Shown here piece by piece: positions 1 to 12,745 of a stretch of 64,000 bases of DNA (positions within the stretch are counted from its first letter, which is position 1; the number at the start of each line of letters is the position of its first letter). The DNA is taken from NCBI GenBank assembly GCA_964019425.1, contig OZ025790.1:620001-684000 (forward strand), in the 5' to 3' direction. The notes beneath the pieces were generated by a model, which made no database searches, had not been told where the DNA came from, and saw nothing but the letters and a program-made list of their open reading frames with translations. This DNA comes from Flectonema sp. DT1601 (Eukaryota). A program made the position numbers and the translations under genes.

Positions 1-1087
1 GCTGGTTATTTGGAATTTGAATCTTCTTTATCGAAGATAAAAGCGGCCAACCATTAAGGATTGAGGAGTCTGTCAGTTTGTTCTTCCCGGCAGCGAATGT
101 GTGCAGACTTTGTTGGTCAAATAATGACTCGTGTAATGTGGTCATTTGATTCTCACTCAAGTTGACTTCCTCTAAATATTTGTGAACTCCAAGAACTGGC
201 ATCTCCGACAACTGATTTCCGTTTAGTTGTAATTCGCGGAGGCTCGTAAGCGGGGCGAGCGATGGAAGACGAATTATTCTGTTCCAGAATAACGCAAGTC
301 TTCTCAGCTTTTGCAACTCTGTGAACGCATCTGGTTTTATTGCCATGATCTTATTAGATGACATGTTCAATTCCGTCAGATTCTTCAAAGTTCCGATACT
401 CGCCGGAGGTTTCAAGATCGAGTTGTTATAGAAGTTGAGATACGTTAGGTTCTCACATTTCGAAATTTCATCAGAAAGTTCTCCAACAAAGCTGCACTTG
501 TAGGCATCGATCTTTTCCAGATTCTTGAGACTGGCACCAAATCCTTCTGGAAGTTCCTTAAACTTTGGGTTGTCAGAAATATTTAAGTATTTCAGATTCT
601 GTAGCTGCATTATATCTTCAAGTCCTCCAATTTGATTGTCCTCAACACTCAGAGCAGTGACGGCTGACTGATTCTTAAGGTTGTGAGGGAGTTCCACGAG
701 ATTCTTTTTGCCGATATCAAATTTTGTGACACCGTTTGCGAGAGCGCTATCAATAGCCCCAGGGAGATCACCGTGTTCTTCATTGATTTCCTCTAATCCT
801 TCTGCTGGGTCATCTAATTCAGGCAACTCAGCTGGCAAGTCGTCTGCAGCTGCAGCTGCAGTTTCCGCTTGAACCGGAGGAGTGTCTTTGTCCTGCGCTG
901 CTGGTTTTTCCCCAGATCCACCAGGCACCCCTCCATACTTCGACTCGTCAAGAGTCCCCAAGAATGACCTCAGCTCCGCTACTGGATTGGTTGGCCGCTT
1001 AGCCAGCAGATGTAACATCATGTCGTTGATTAACGCTGGAACATTACTTTCCTTTAGGAACGCTGCACTTTCGTCCAGATCAGTCAT
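1..1087 (-). CDS. Leucine-rich-repeat protein with N-terminal RIIa/Dpy-30-like docking helix (runs off window start)
   Basis: Manual translation from ATG at 1087: MTDLDESAAFLKESNVPALINDMMLHLLAKRPTNPVAELRSFL..., then LxxLxLxxN repeats (LKYLNISDN, LTYLNFYNN, LTELNMSSN, LRELQLNGN). No stop before base 1. Confidence 0.8.
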   Translation of the reverse strand, partial: MTDLDESAAFLKESNVPALINDMMLHLLAKRPTNPVAELRSFLGTLDESKYGGVPGGSGEKPAAQDKDTPPVQAETAAAAADDLPAELPELDDPAEGLEEINEEHGDLPGAIDSALANGVTKFDIGKKNLVELPHNLKNQSAVTALSVEDNQIGGLEDIMQLQNLKYLNISDNPKFKELPEGFGASLKNLEKIDAYKCSFVGELSDEISKCENLTYLNFYNNSILKPPASIGTLKNLTELNMSSNKIMAIKPDAFTELQKLRRLALFWNRIIRLPSLAPLTSLRELQLNGNQLSEMPVLGVHKYLEEVNLSENQMTTLHESLFDQQSLHTFAAGKNKLTDSSILNGWPLLSSIKKIQIPNNQ

Positions 1088-1756
1088 TTTTGTGGTGCTT
1101 GACAATAATAAAGTTAGACTTTCGCACAATAAATATAATCTCGTTCACCAACTTCATGACGACTCTCAACATCATCTGTGGAAGAAAAAAGAAAGAATTT
1201 CAGTTGTAAAAGTTGTTAATTAATAATCGCATCCAACGAATGAAACAACACGGGCTTCCTTTATTTCCGTTTTGAAATAAAGACACTGGACCTGTGACTG
1301 TTTCTAGGAAGGAGAAGGGGACACGACACGCAACACACTACTTGGGGTGGATTTTAAACACTAATATATATTTCCTCATTGGAGGTATTGATGAAAACGT
1401 TGCGCGTATAAACCGAATATTATTGAGTTCCGATATGAGATCTTCAAGTTCCTCTTTCGAAGTGTTTGTTCACTGGAGCGCATAGTAGGATATTCATCAC
1501 AAGAATTCTTACTCGAGTCAATGCCCAAGTTTGCTCTCAGACCTTCAAGACCTACGAGTACACGCGCACACAACAAAGTTTACAAAGTGTGCGAATATCA
1601 AATGGCTAACAAATTATTGCGTAAGATGTTCGTAATTCCTAAAGGCTAATCGCTGCGGGGCTGAATGGCAGCGACTCCCTTCCCTTTTTGTTGTTGAAAA
1701 AGGGAACAGATGAGAGAAAATGAGGTAGCGGTAGTTGTTGTAGCGAATCACCAGTT

Positions 1757-2191
1757 TTAGTATTTGAAGGCAATCTCACTACCCTGGGATCCACTCTGTG
1801 TTTGTTTTGTTAGTGTAACTGGCTATGTTAGGAAAAAAAGTAATAAATAAAAACAAACCTTTCTGGCACTCGCAAGTTCGTTCTTGTATTCCTGCAGTCT
1901 ATCTCTGGAAAGGGTTCTGTTTGACTTTGGGTCCGAGAAGTCGAAGTCCTGTGCTACCAATGCAGGTGGTTGGCAAGTGAGGGCTGAGTTGCGGTGGGCG
2001 TATAAACCGTCAGCGTTGTTGTTGACCTTCATCGCCAAAAATGCGATCGCTCCGAGAATTACGAAATCTCCGATCAGCTCCACTCTGCGAACTCTCTTAG
2101 CGATACTGTTGTGAGGCTTCAAAGTGCTCCAAAACTTTGTTCCCCATTTCTCTGCTCCCTGCTGTGGCCATGGCCAGTTCTGATGACCCAT
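1757..2191 (-). CDS. Small single-TM protein, probably a euglenozoan mitochondrial respiratory-chain (complex III-type) accessory subunit; 2 exons
   Basis: ORF 1823-2191 plus GT-AG intron 1796-1858 gives C-terminus ...ARKSGSQGSEIAFKY*. One hydrophobic helix (DFVILGAIAFLAM). Family assignment is from memory of euglenozoan proteins and is unverified. Confidence 0.5.
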
Positions 2192-2680
2192 TATTTGATT
2201 CTTTTATTAACCTGAGTGAGAAATGATTTAATGTACTGCTGGATATCCTTATCTGGATTCCTCGACTATTGTCTGACTTGAATGACAAGTTGTTGCTGTT
2301 GGAAAAGAATAACATCAATGAGAGTGTTACGAGAAGCCAAACTGACGATACCAATAGGTCGGAATAATACCGCTAACAGAACGTTATACACTTGGGAGAG
2401 CCTGTCAAAGAGGCTTCTTATTTTACTAAATAAAAGAATCAAATGTCAGCAAGACTGTTAACGGTGAATGATCAACACACTCTTTACTGATTAATGAAAA
2501 GGTCATTATCCTCGTTGATCTCCTTAATTTATATTCTGGAGAGTACCATCGGAGTTGTTATCGTTTTCATTCCTTAAACGGAATTGAAGATTGCGAACTT
2601 AACTTATAAACACATTCTTAACAGTCAGTTCACTTTCTTCATTCGGAGCGCTATTTAGATCAACTGCCGTTAGTAGGCTC

Positions 2681-3636
2681 TCAATCGACAAAGCAAATTG
2701 GTTCACCCATTCGAAGTTTTCGCCGAAAGGCTTCCGGGTGGGTCATAATCTCACCTGAGTCGATATCTCTGATGAAATAAATACGAACTACGTTGTACAC
2801 ACGATTGAAGTACATTACTTTACATATCTCTTTCAGGTCCCAATGAACTTCGGCTTTTCTCTGTTATTGTTTGATAAAGTTCTCACAGCTACTGACTTAT
2901 AAATATTAAAAAAAAGAAGTCAACATACCAACGGATTGGAAACAGGTCGCATATTTTGAATTGCCGGCATATTTTCAAACCATTTTGTCTCAATTGAGAA
3001 TCGAGAGTTATTATTGTAGTCTCTAAGTCCAGCAATAAAACCGTTATCAAGCAGCAACTTTGCTATGGCTTTGGTATCGGGTGAAGTGAGTACGGTGATA
3101 AATCGCTCACGACGTTCTTTTTGTCTTTCAAGAGCAGTACACATATGTGGTAAGGGAGCAGTCATAAAAACAACATTATCTTGATCTCTGGAAGTGACGT
3201 TACCATAAGTGTGTTCATACACTTTGTTTGGGTTATCAGGAAGACCTCCAGAGTACAGTAGTTCAGCGTTCTCATCTTTCACTTGAAAGAAGAGTCTGTC
3301 GACTGGATCTTGAGGAAGTTCACTAGTCCAAAGTACTCCAGGGAGAGTAGTTTCAGTGTCTTTTTGATATTGTGTTCTTAACTTCTTCTCAACATTTCCC
3401 GGAACTGGGACTGCCCAATCTCTTCTTGTGCTTGGTGGGATTGCTTGAGTTGCTTTTGGAATACCCCAACCACCTGGAAATTTTGGGTACGGAGACCCTC
3501 TCATTGCCATCTGTGGAGTGTACTTCATTTGTTCAGATTGTGTGACCCCTCCATTCCACGTAGTTCCTTGTCTCGACCTCGACATGTACTCTGAAATGAA
3601 ATCAGCCTTCAGCAGCTGTTGTGACCGGCGCATCAT
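2681..3636 (-). CDS. Mitochondrial ribosomal protein uS8m (N-terminally extended); 2 exons
   Basis: S8-like core AIAKLLLDNGFIAG...IETKWFENMPAIQNMRPVSNP. After intron 2861-2928 it continues to ...DSGEIMTHPEAFRRKLRMGEPICFVD*. MMRRSQQLL resembles a mitochondrial targeting start. Confidence 0.7.
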
Positions 3637-4117
3637 TTTGTCGTTCTTATTGGCCCCCACCCTGCAGCAATAGTAAAGTAATAAAGTAATAATATCCTAA
3701 TGCCATTTTACTACATTCAAGATGACTCCAGACCGAAAGAGAAGCTGTCTGATGTGAGCAGTTGGCCCAACCTGTTCATTCAAAAATAGATTTCAGAACG
3801 GTCCAACAAAAGCCTCAACACTCTCCGCCAGGTCTCTTTCAGACGGGAAAATAGAAACAGACAACAGTACAACAGGAGGAATACAAAACTTTTCATTTTT
3901 TCTAATTTCATTTGAGTTTTCCGAAGGAGAGGTAGTGAAGTAAGAAAAAAAAAGAAATAAAAGAATAGATACAGCTACTTCAATTATAGGTAATAATTAG
4001 GTACAAAGGACGGCAAAGAACAACTTAATATTTCAGTATCATCTACGGGGAGGGAGGGGAATTGGTGAACTGTTTTCTCAAAACAAAAGACAGAGTAGTA
4101 TCAGCTGGTACTGCAGA

Positions 4118-6905
4118 TCATCTGCGAGGTGTCGGCTTTCGGACTGTTGTCGGAGGAGAAGAAGGGGAACCCCTGTGAGTTGAAGAAGGAGAGATGGGCT
4201 TAGCAGGAGAGAGATCCCAATCATTCATACGAGATGGTGAGACTGATCTATCAATTAGTAGGTTTGATAATTGAAGTTTCTTTGACTCCAATTCCATTCG
4301 AATCGCATCGACGATAGCAGTCGCCTGATGGCCAGCTGGGAGAGATGGAGTAGCAGAAGTTGAGAGGGTTGCAGCATGCATTTCACTCTTCAGTTTATCA
4401 ACGTCAGCCATTACAGGTGAGGCGACTACAGGAGGTAGAGGAGGTGGTTGAGCAGCAGCAGCAACAGCTTCTCGAACCTTCAAATCGATCAGCTCCCTCT
4501 CTCTGGCATTTACCTTTACCATCGCAGCCATTCGCTCCCCTTCTAACTGTCTGGCCAACGCTGCGGCCTTTTCAGCTTCGCAACCTGCAGCTGCTGCAGT
4601 ACCGTGAACTGCTGCCTTCAGTTCAGCAATTTCTTGAGCCTGCCTTGCGTTATCTTCGAGTAATCTGCGAACTTCTACACCTTCAGCGCTGCTTACAGCT
4701 AACTTAGCAGTCAACTCGTCTTCCCTTAGCCTCGATAACATCGTCTCTTCCCGCAGTCTCTTTGTCTCGGCCAACTGTGTGACGGCGCTATCCAGTGCTT
4801 CCTGAACTCTGGAGTTCTGTTTGTTGTGTTTATTACCAACTTTGTCAAGTTACAATTTTGGGTTTTTACCAATTTCGTTGAATGAAAAATAAAAATTTCG
4901 CAAACTGAAGAACAGAACATACTCGCTCTAGTAGGGAACCCTTCTCTGCTCCCCAGTCTTCGCATCTCCTGGCTGTTTCAATCAGCATTTTCTCTTTCTC
5001 TGAGCGTAACTCAGTAACAGCTGCCTGCAGTATCGGCACCATGTCGTCTGTTACTTTACTGTCCTTTGCTTTGCTGTTTTTTTTATTTGTTTATTGCATT
5101 TGAATCTCTTTTGTGTTGTTGTTGTTTTCACAACATTCAACACCACCATACCAATACTATGATCTCATAAGAGAGAATACTAACAGAGAGGACTTGAAGG
5201 TGGGTTTTATTGGGACATACTTTTGAAGTTCAACATTAACCTGAGTGAGTTGTGACAGCTGCTCTTTAAGTAGAAACACCTCCTGGTTTACATTTGATAG
5301 TTCTCCTTCACGAGTCTCAAGGAGGGTTCTTAACATGTTATTTTCTTCTTTGCTTCCTTTCTGACGTTCATACTCAAGTTGAAATGTTTCGATGGTACTT
5401 TGCAGGGCAGCGTTTGCTTCGTCTAGGGCGGCACTCTTGGACGTGAGTTCAGCTCGGAGGTCATCGTTGATTTTCTTCTGTTGTTCGAGTTCTGAGATCT
5501 TGCGGTTCGCGTCGTTAGTTGAGATCTCACGAAGTTGTTTCGTAGCTGACATGTCTTCTTCAACTCTTTGTTGTGCGTGCATTAGAGCAATATGAAGACT
5601 TTCTATAGTCCCGTGAGCAACAGTTAACTCTCCCTGAAGATTGTCAATTCTCTTTTCAAATTGATCCACTAAGTTCTGATCCATCTCTGCTGGAACAAGA
5701 CCTCCACTACTGTTTGGGTCAAAGTGATTACTTTGTTTCTTACCAAGTAGTCTTGCTTCACATTCTTCTTTTAGTAACTTAACGTTTGCAGGGTCACCAG
5801 TTGCTGTTAAGGTGTTGTCTAACAACTCAATATCAACGCTGTACTTATCGCGGTAGTATTGCATTCCAGTTCCGGAAACTGTCACCAACTTTCTTAACAT
5901 CCCTGGAGGAAGTATTATGTGCTCAGTGTGAACAGCTGCTGGCTGATTTAACGAAAGCTTTTGAATATCTGCTGACTGTGCGATCAACCTTTCCTTCAAA
6001 GCATCGATGAAAGCATTTGCTTCTGCAATCTCATCTATGAGTTCCTTCATTTTCTTCTTCGATTCTAGACGGCCGGATTCTTCAGCTGCTTCGACACCAA
6101 CCTGATTGTTTTTATTGTTTGTTTCCATCTGTCTCACACTATTTCATTACATAAATAGAAATATAAAAAGTTGACATACTTGAAGCTTCTCAATTTCAAG
6201 GTTCGTCTCACGGTCGCGTCTGTCGAAAAGAGTATTCGCTTTGCGCAGTTCGAGTATGTCTCGTTTCAAAGAATAATTTTCTTTTTTGAGATCGTCAGTC
6301 TCACCGTTAGCAGCAGTTGAAATCATCCTTTCTTGATCCTTGAGACGAGAGAACATCTCTGAGACTGTACTATCTTTATTGCTGAGCTGGTCGTTCAGAG
6401 TTAACACTTCTGCTTCAAGTTCCTGAACACGTTTTTTGTTGCGAAGGAAGTCCTCCATTATTTGTTGGGCTCGTTTCTTTGCTGCTGCTTCTTCCATTTG
6501 AGACGACACGTCCCAAGCAACCGACTTGGCCTTAGCAGAAGGAGATATGGCCATCCCTTCAATTGAAGGATGTGGGAACCCAGGAAATGATGAAGGAGAG
6601 GCAATCGGGTACTGAACTACTGCTCGTTCTTCTCTTCCCATAAATATACAACTTCCGGTTCGCAGTCCTTGTTCGTCAGGGGATTGGTTCATATTTATTG
6701 GAATTCCTGGCTGCGCTCCCTGATAGAGAGTGATACCCAACGCCGATAAATTAACAGCGTTTGGTTCACCCACCAGCCCAGCAATCTTACGGCAAGTCAT
6801 CGGGTCTGTGAAAGGTGCCATCGGGTCTACTACAACTAAGGGTTCAACACCAGCGATTTGCATTCGAGCCTGAGTCATTGCGTCACCCGTCACCTTGAGT
6901 AACAT
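4118..6905 (-). CDS. Long coiled-coil protein with a KH-like segment; 4 exons
   Basis: ORFs 6147-6905, 5157-6137 and 4118-4774 plus a short exon at about 4923-5073 join in frame via GTATGT...ACAG/TCAG introns (first intron 6102-6179). Heptad-rich; KH-like HIILPPGMLRKLVTVSGTGMQYYRDKYSVDI. Confidence 0.7.
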
Positions 6906-7505
6906 CTTTTACGGTAACTACTACACCACTCTGAGAAATAATAAATTTAAATTATCAACAAAATGAATCTGACTGGCGGCAATAATCTTTATTTGCCAAC
7001 TAAATCAAGTCCACGAGAGACCAGTCGCAGGCGGTATTGAAATATTATTGTGCTCTCTGAGGGATGAAATTAAAGGGAATAAAATATTCCAACAGCAACC
7101 TTTCACATATTCTAATAATGAAAAAAAAAAGAAAAAAAAAGAAAGAAGAATGAAATCTATAAATAAAAGGCCAGCTGCTAATAGAAAAAAGTAAATTTAA
7201 TTGTCTGTTTTTTTTTTTTTTCTTTTTCCCCTCCCCTCGTTTCTTTAGTTATTCCTACCCCTCCAGGTAAGTGAACAGCTATGATGAGTGCCAAGCAGTC
7301 ACTGTAAGTAAATAATAAGGGAAGAAGAGAGTAACAAAGATAACGAAATTCAGCTCCCCGTTTCCGGTTTTACTCTACTCTGTTTGTTAGTTCAAAGGAC
7401 TCTATTTTTTTTTTTTTTTTTTTTTTTTTGTTTGTTTCTTTTGTTTGTAAAAGGTGAGGTGAGAGGAGGAATCTATTTTTTTAAAAAATTTCTTTTAATG
7501 ATTTC

Positions 7506-9035
7506 CTACTGTGCAGAAGGGTAACCAAGACCTGGTACAGGTTCAACAGCTGGTTTGAATGCGACTGGTCCCACAGGTGGAGGAGGCTGAATGAATAACT
7601 CTGTGAAGTACGACATAGCGATCACGAATGCTACGGTACCAACAACACCGAGACAAACCCACAAACCGTACAAATCATTATCACTGTTTCCTCCCGTTGT
7701 AGTGAATGCCGTTACTTCACCAAAGGATTCCTGAAAAGCGGCACCGACAACAGAAAACGCGCTTTGAGGTGTACGCGGCGTTCCAATCACTCTGTTTGCC
7801 TGCTGCACTACAACACATGATGCGACAGCGGTATTTCCACTGGAATCGGTACACAGAACTCCAGCAATTGAAGTGAGGTCGGTACTTCCATCACCAGTCA
7901 TGAAACCCCAAACATTATCACCAGCCGCTAGTGGACACCTTGTGTATAAATTAGAACTCGCTGAAGTAGTCTGAGCGCAGATATTCTCCGGATTGTAGAA
8001 CTGAACACCAAGACCTTGCTGTGTTTGATATGTTCTGCCACTTGGAGTGGCGAATAGGTTTGTTGTTCTCATCGTGTTACCGATAGCACATAAAGTTGTT
8101 GTTGTGCATCCTGCGAGCGGTGCCAATATCGCATTAGCGAACTTCATCATATCGTGAACAGTTGTCCACATCATAAAGTCTGCTGGATTGTTTGGATGTG
8201 TTCCGTAGTAGTCGCTCGTACCTTCGTATTCACGAACCATGCTGAACAAGAATGGTGATAATGCGTTATTGCCTGGAGTAGGAATAGTACCATCACGGTT
8301 TAACCAAAAAGTAGAAGACATTCCAAGAGGCACAATCACCTGCTCGTTAATGTATTGCATCACAGTCTTGTCAGTTGCACGAACCAAACTGTTGTCAAGA
8401 TTAATAATAGATCCCATTATATAAACAAGGAGAGCGATGTTAATCTTCGCATAGTTGTAGGTACCTGGCACTGTGTTTGACTGAAAAAGGGAAGCCACTA
8501 AGTCAGTTCCCGATGCCGATTGAAACTTCTCAGTAACCCAAGCTCTGAATTCCTGCGAAACAGCACCACTACACACACCAGTTGCCTGAGTACAAGTTGG
8601 ATTATTAATAGTTCCATAACCAATTGAATTATCAGACAGCGATGACGTGTGCTGCATAAGCATTTGATAGGAAATCACTGTAGCCGGAGAATTTGGGTTT
8701 CTGAGCGGAAGTGCAGAAGGCATATAACGAGGGTCTACTTGAGTTGTAAGACTTTGAGCAATCACATTCATTTGCAGTGCTGCAGCCACAACAATCATCT
8801 CTGCGAGACCACCAGCTCTCATTGGGGAATCTGTTGACATCGCTTCTGCTGGATTTAGTGCTCGATTTCCAGAGGCAAATGAAAAACCTCGAGTCAAATT
8901 TCCCTGAACTACAGACATGGTAGACATCGCATACAAGTTTCCATCAGTGCTGAGGGAATTGTACAGATTTCCAATATTACCCTGTCCCGACACTACCGTG
9001 ACGAGAGTACTGAGGAGCAAGAACTTCGACATCAT
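7506..9035 (-). CDS. Beta-lactamase/serine-hydrolase-fold type I membrane protein, catalytic motif degenerate
   Basis: Signal peptide; LMQHTSSL, PGTYNY and PLGMSST motifs typical of the class C beta-lactamase/PBP family; C-terminal TM helix. The SxxK position reads AGGLAEM. Confidence 0.7.
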   Translation of the reverse strand: MMSKFLLLSTLVTVVSGQGNIGNLYNSLSTDGNLYAMSTMSVVQGNLTRGFSFASGNRALNPAEAMSTDSPMRAGGLAEMIVVAAALQMNVIAQSLTTQVDPRYMPSALPLRNPNSPATVISYQMLMQHTSSLSDNSIGYGTINNPTCTQATGVCSGAVSQEFRAWVTEKFQSASGTDLVASLFQSNTVPGTYNYAKINIALLVYIMGSIINLDNSLVRATDKTVMQYINEQVIVPLGMSSTFWLNRDGTIPTPGNNALSPFLFSMVREYEGTSDYYGTHPNNPADFMMWTTVHDMMKFANAILAPLAGCTTTTLCAIGNTMRTTNLFATPSGRTYQTQQGLGVQFYNPENICAQTTSASSNLYTRCPLAAGDNVWGFMTGDGSTDLTSIAGVLCTDSSGNTAVASCVVVQQANRVIGTPRTPQSAFSVVGAAFQESFGEVTAFTTTGGNSDNDLYGLWVCLGVVGTVAFVIAMSYFTELFIQPPPPVGPVAFKPAVEPVPGLGYPSAQ

Positions 9036-10617
9036 TAAAATATCTGATGAGGGAGGTGAGAATTAGAATTAATGCCACGATAACCACTTCATGTGGTACT
9101 GATGTCTAAGTTAGTTCGATGGTTTCAATAAGTTGTTCCTGTTCAGTGAAGTAAAAAAGATAGACAAAAAGACTATTGCAATTCACAAAGAAAACAACAA
9201 ATAGTTAGGCATCACCCTCTTGACATTAATATCCGACGGCAGGTTTTCAGGTAATCCTGCACTGGATTTTTGAGCAACAAGGCAACAGAGTTAAGCTGGC
9301 ATGCGGTGTTATTACAAAAATAAAATAACTGACGAGAGAGCTCTTCACAACGGTTGAAACTTTCTTGCAGTCTAAATGACTACCCTCCGACCCAGTCCGA
9401 TAAGTCCAGACTGTAAGTCAGTGAAGGGGGTTTGATTTACCAAAACAGGATAACTACCTCATAAATGATAAAACCGATACTCATATCAGGTTTTTTTACT
9501 TAAAAAGATGAAACGTATTTACTGAGATTGTTCTTTCAATTTGTGAGGGGAGTTGAAAACAGGTGAGAAACGTTTTTTTTTTTTTTTTTTTCCCCCCCTC
9601 CCCTGTTTTTTTTTTATAATATTCGTTTTACCACTTGTTGTTGCCGACTTCCAAAAAAAACGAAAGTACTTATCATTCTTCTGCACTTCACAATTGATGG
9701 CTGTACAACTTTTTGTGGGAAAAGCAAATAAAAGCTGTCGCTTCTTCCCAGCAGCAGAATGATATGAAGGACGAATAATAAGAAAAGACAAACTGTGCTA
9801 AGACTTCGTCAGTGGCACCACTTTCGCAAACAATTGAAAGGAAGATAAATACGTCCGAAAGAAAGTTCAAAGTACCCAAAACTCGAAGGGAAGTTAGTAA
9901 CAAACGGAAGTCAACTACAACAACAATTTCCGATGAACACACTGAGGTGATAACAGGGTGAGGGACTAAAGTTTTGGTGAAGGGTCTCTGGGGAGGAGAG
10001 AAGTTTTTATTTTCTGTTATTTTGGAAGAATAATGGACTCGTGCGGACTGTTGTGAGTGAAAAGGGGTCCTGGGATTCCAAGTGTGGGGAATGGGAAGAT
10101 ACTTCGACGACAACAACAAAAGAAAGAAAGAAAGAAAGAGAGAAAGATAAATCTGCCATTTGCTTTTCCACTCACAAGAAGAAAATATAATATCAAAGCA
10201 ACCAGAAAGCAAAAACCTAAGCTAGCCAAAATGAAGAAAGAAGGGACACCGATTCCGTTACCGATGTGTGCAGTGCGTAGATCCATCCTTCTCGCGCATT
10301 AAAGCCAACGCGGCGAAGGAAGAGCAACGAACCGCCAACCACTCTACAATCTGAAAACAAGCAAACAAAAAAAACTAAAAATTCTTCGCCGCGTTGCGGT
10401 TCGAGGAAACTAATCGCTGTGCACAAAAAATATAGTAATGAAGGAAGACTCCTAAAAAAAAAATAAAATAAAAATAGGTAAATAGGAACATATACTCGCA
10501 ACGAAACACATAATCTCTTCGTTCTGCTTCTTCGTTTTTTTCTGATGCGATGCACTACTAAAAAAACCTACTTACATTGTCAGCTTCGCGGAATACAGAA
10601 ATCACGCAACACGTTTC

Positions 10618-10692
10618 ACCCTATTATTCCCCGTTACCCGTTACAGCCACGGTAGTCCACTACACTACCGTCAAAAGCTGATAGGGCAGATA
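10618..10692 (-). pseudogene. Isolated ~75-nt fragment of 18S (SSU) rRNA
   Basis: Minus strand reads TATCTGCCCTATCAGCTTTTGACGGTAGTGTAGTGGACTACCGTGGCTGTAACGGGTAACGGGGAATAATAGGGT. This matches the conserved eukaryotic SSU segment CTGCCCTATCA-CTTT-GA-GGTAG...AACGGGTAACGGGGAAT-AGGGT that precedes TCGATTCCGGAGAGGG; the match stops there. Confidence 0.85.
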
Positions 10693-11109
10693 CTCTTGCG
10701 GGCTTGCACCACTTCAAGGCTCTACGCGAAGTAGTTTTGCTTTTCTTTTCCTTAAATGACGAAGCCTAATAAGGGAAGATACCGCACAGGGATGGAGAGA
10801 GTGAGGTTACTACCCTACGATAACAAAACAAGAAACTGTATTCTATTCTTCTGATTGGATTCGTTAAATTGATTCACCACACAAAAGGGGAAAGAATGAA
10901 AGAACAACTTAAACAGAACAAGGCAGATCAATCCCTGCCTCACAAGACACACATTGCAAGAGGTGTCAAAGGAAACAATATCACTAAGCACATTATAAAT
11001 ATGTTTCACCGCATAAATCGATCGCGCAAACTATGAACGTGATGTTGATTTGCTTTTTCTTTTTTTTCTGTTCAAAAAATGCAACCAGCTACTCAGAATA
11101 CCCGACGAA

Positions 11110-12745
11110 CTATCCCTGCCTCGCCTCTTCAATATTACCTCCGACTGTTTGACATTCAGCACTCTCTGGGATTGTAACTTGTAGTAGTTCACATGTTTCT
11201 TCTACTGTCGCACCTTCTGGAGGAGAGAATCCAAGTTGAGAAGAGTTCTGATTGAATCCAACTTCAGAGAACATATCCGCAATTGAGGGACAGGAGACAA
11301 AGAATCTCGCGAAAGTAATATCACTGCTGTCAACCAACTCTGGCAAACCATCAGCAAGAAATGAACGGACCTTACACGACTCAGAGCTCTTGATGTGGAG
11401 TTTGCTAGAGGCGCAGGTTATGTCGCAATTTTTACAGTTTTCGATTGTGACTTGACTTTTTGAAGCAGCTATGAATATCTGAGAACTACTGCAATTCTTA
11501 ATTAAAGTGTTGTCAACAACATCAGCAACGTAAACTTTTCCATTCACACACTGGACGGAGATATCTTGTCCTCCGATACTGTTAAGTCCTCTCGTTACGG
11601 TTTCACCCTCCACGATAATCGAATTTACTGCTGTTGTTGGCTGCGATACCTTCTTCTTATCTGCCATCTTTGCTCTCAGTGCTGCTACAGTAGCATCTAC
11701 AACAACACCCTCCTTCTCAGAAGTTGGTTGCGTTCCCTTCTTTGGAACTGCTTTTGGTGATCCCTTGCGTGACCACCCGGTTCTGTTTTATTAATTAAAT
11801 AAATGATTTCATCTGAGGCACAAACTCCTCTTGTTTAGAATAAATAAATAAATGATACCTTTCTTCCTCATCTCCAGCAAAGATGTGGCGAACAGGAGTA
11901 ATCGGAGATGGTTTGAGGGAAGCTGTTGGAGGAGTCGAGACATCGATAACTGCTGAGGGAGTTGTTGGTGACGATTGGGCAAATGAAGTTTTCATCATCG
12001 GTGTTCCCATTGAAGAGAATGAATTTCCACCACCCGGATTCGATGTCAACATGTCATCCTCCTCGTCTTGAAGATCACCCCAACTGACATCAGCAGGGAG
12101 AGGTTCAATTACTGAACTCTCTGTTTTAATTGATGGAGAGTTAGCACCTTGTGATTGAGGTCCTTGACTTGGAGAAGTAGCTCCTTGAGTAGGAGAGTTG
12201 CATCCACTGCCACTTTCTAAAGGTTTAGTCAGACCAGGAACTGGATTACATAAAAGCTGTTCAGTACTGTTACTACTATCACCTGCTCTGCTATAAGTTG
12301 GTGCGTTAGGATTTAGAGGAGTGGAGTAGGAAGTGCGAGGAGGTACTCGTCCGAAATCCCAGTCACCATTCGTGTTAGGAGGTGGCTGGCGAGTGGGGTG
12401 TTGAAAGTGAGGAGGTGGAGTACGTTGAGGTGGAGGAGGTCCCCATCGATAACCTGCTGGACTATGAGTAAGAGGATTGTGAGAATGTAGTCCCGAGTGA
12501 GAAGTCGGAGGCGCACTTCTTTGCATGTGCGACTTTCTAGGATGCTGTGGCTGAGGTGGAGGAGGAGCAGAGTTTACTTCATAAGGTGAGTGTTGATGTT
12601 GACTCTGAGGTGGCTGTGGTGGTGGTACCCACGCAGCTCCTTGTCCCCGATACCCACCACTACCTCCATAACTACCATACCCTCCATACACTTGTGGCGG
12701 ACCCTTTTGAGATCTCTTTTGAAATCCGTCGTAAGCCATTGCCAT
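11110..12745 (-). CDS. Protein with Pro/Ser-rich disordered N-terminus (PAM2-like motif) and C-terminal TBCC/C-CAP beta-helix domain; 2 exons
   Basis: Intron 11783-11858 joins ORFs 11795-12745 and 11110-11667 in frame. IKNCSSSQIFIAASKSQVTIENCKNCDITCASSKLHIKSSESCKV is TBCC/XRP2-like. Confidence 0.75.

Noticed and set aside
1650..1706. Two adjacent hairpins (TCGCTGC/GCAGCGA; TTCCCTTTTT/AAAAAGGGAA) in a 3' UTR
   Set aside because: No family match; not a bacterial terminator in this eukaryotic context.
9519..10555. Short F/K-rich ORFs here and at 14.4-15.2, 47.3-47.9 and 49.4-50.3 kb
   Set aside because: Translations of poly(A)/poly(T) intergenic tracts.
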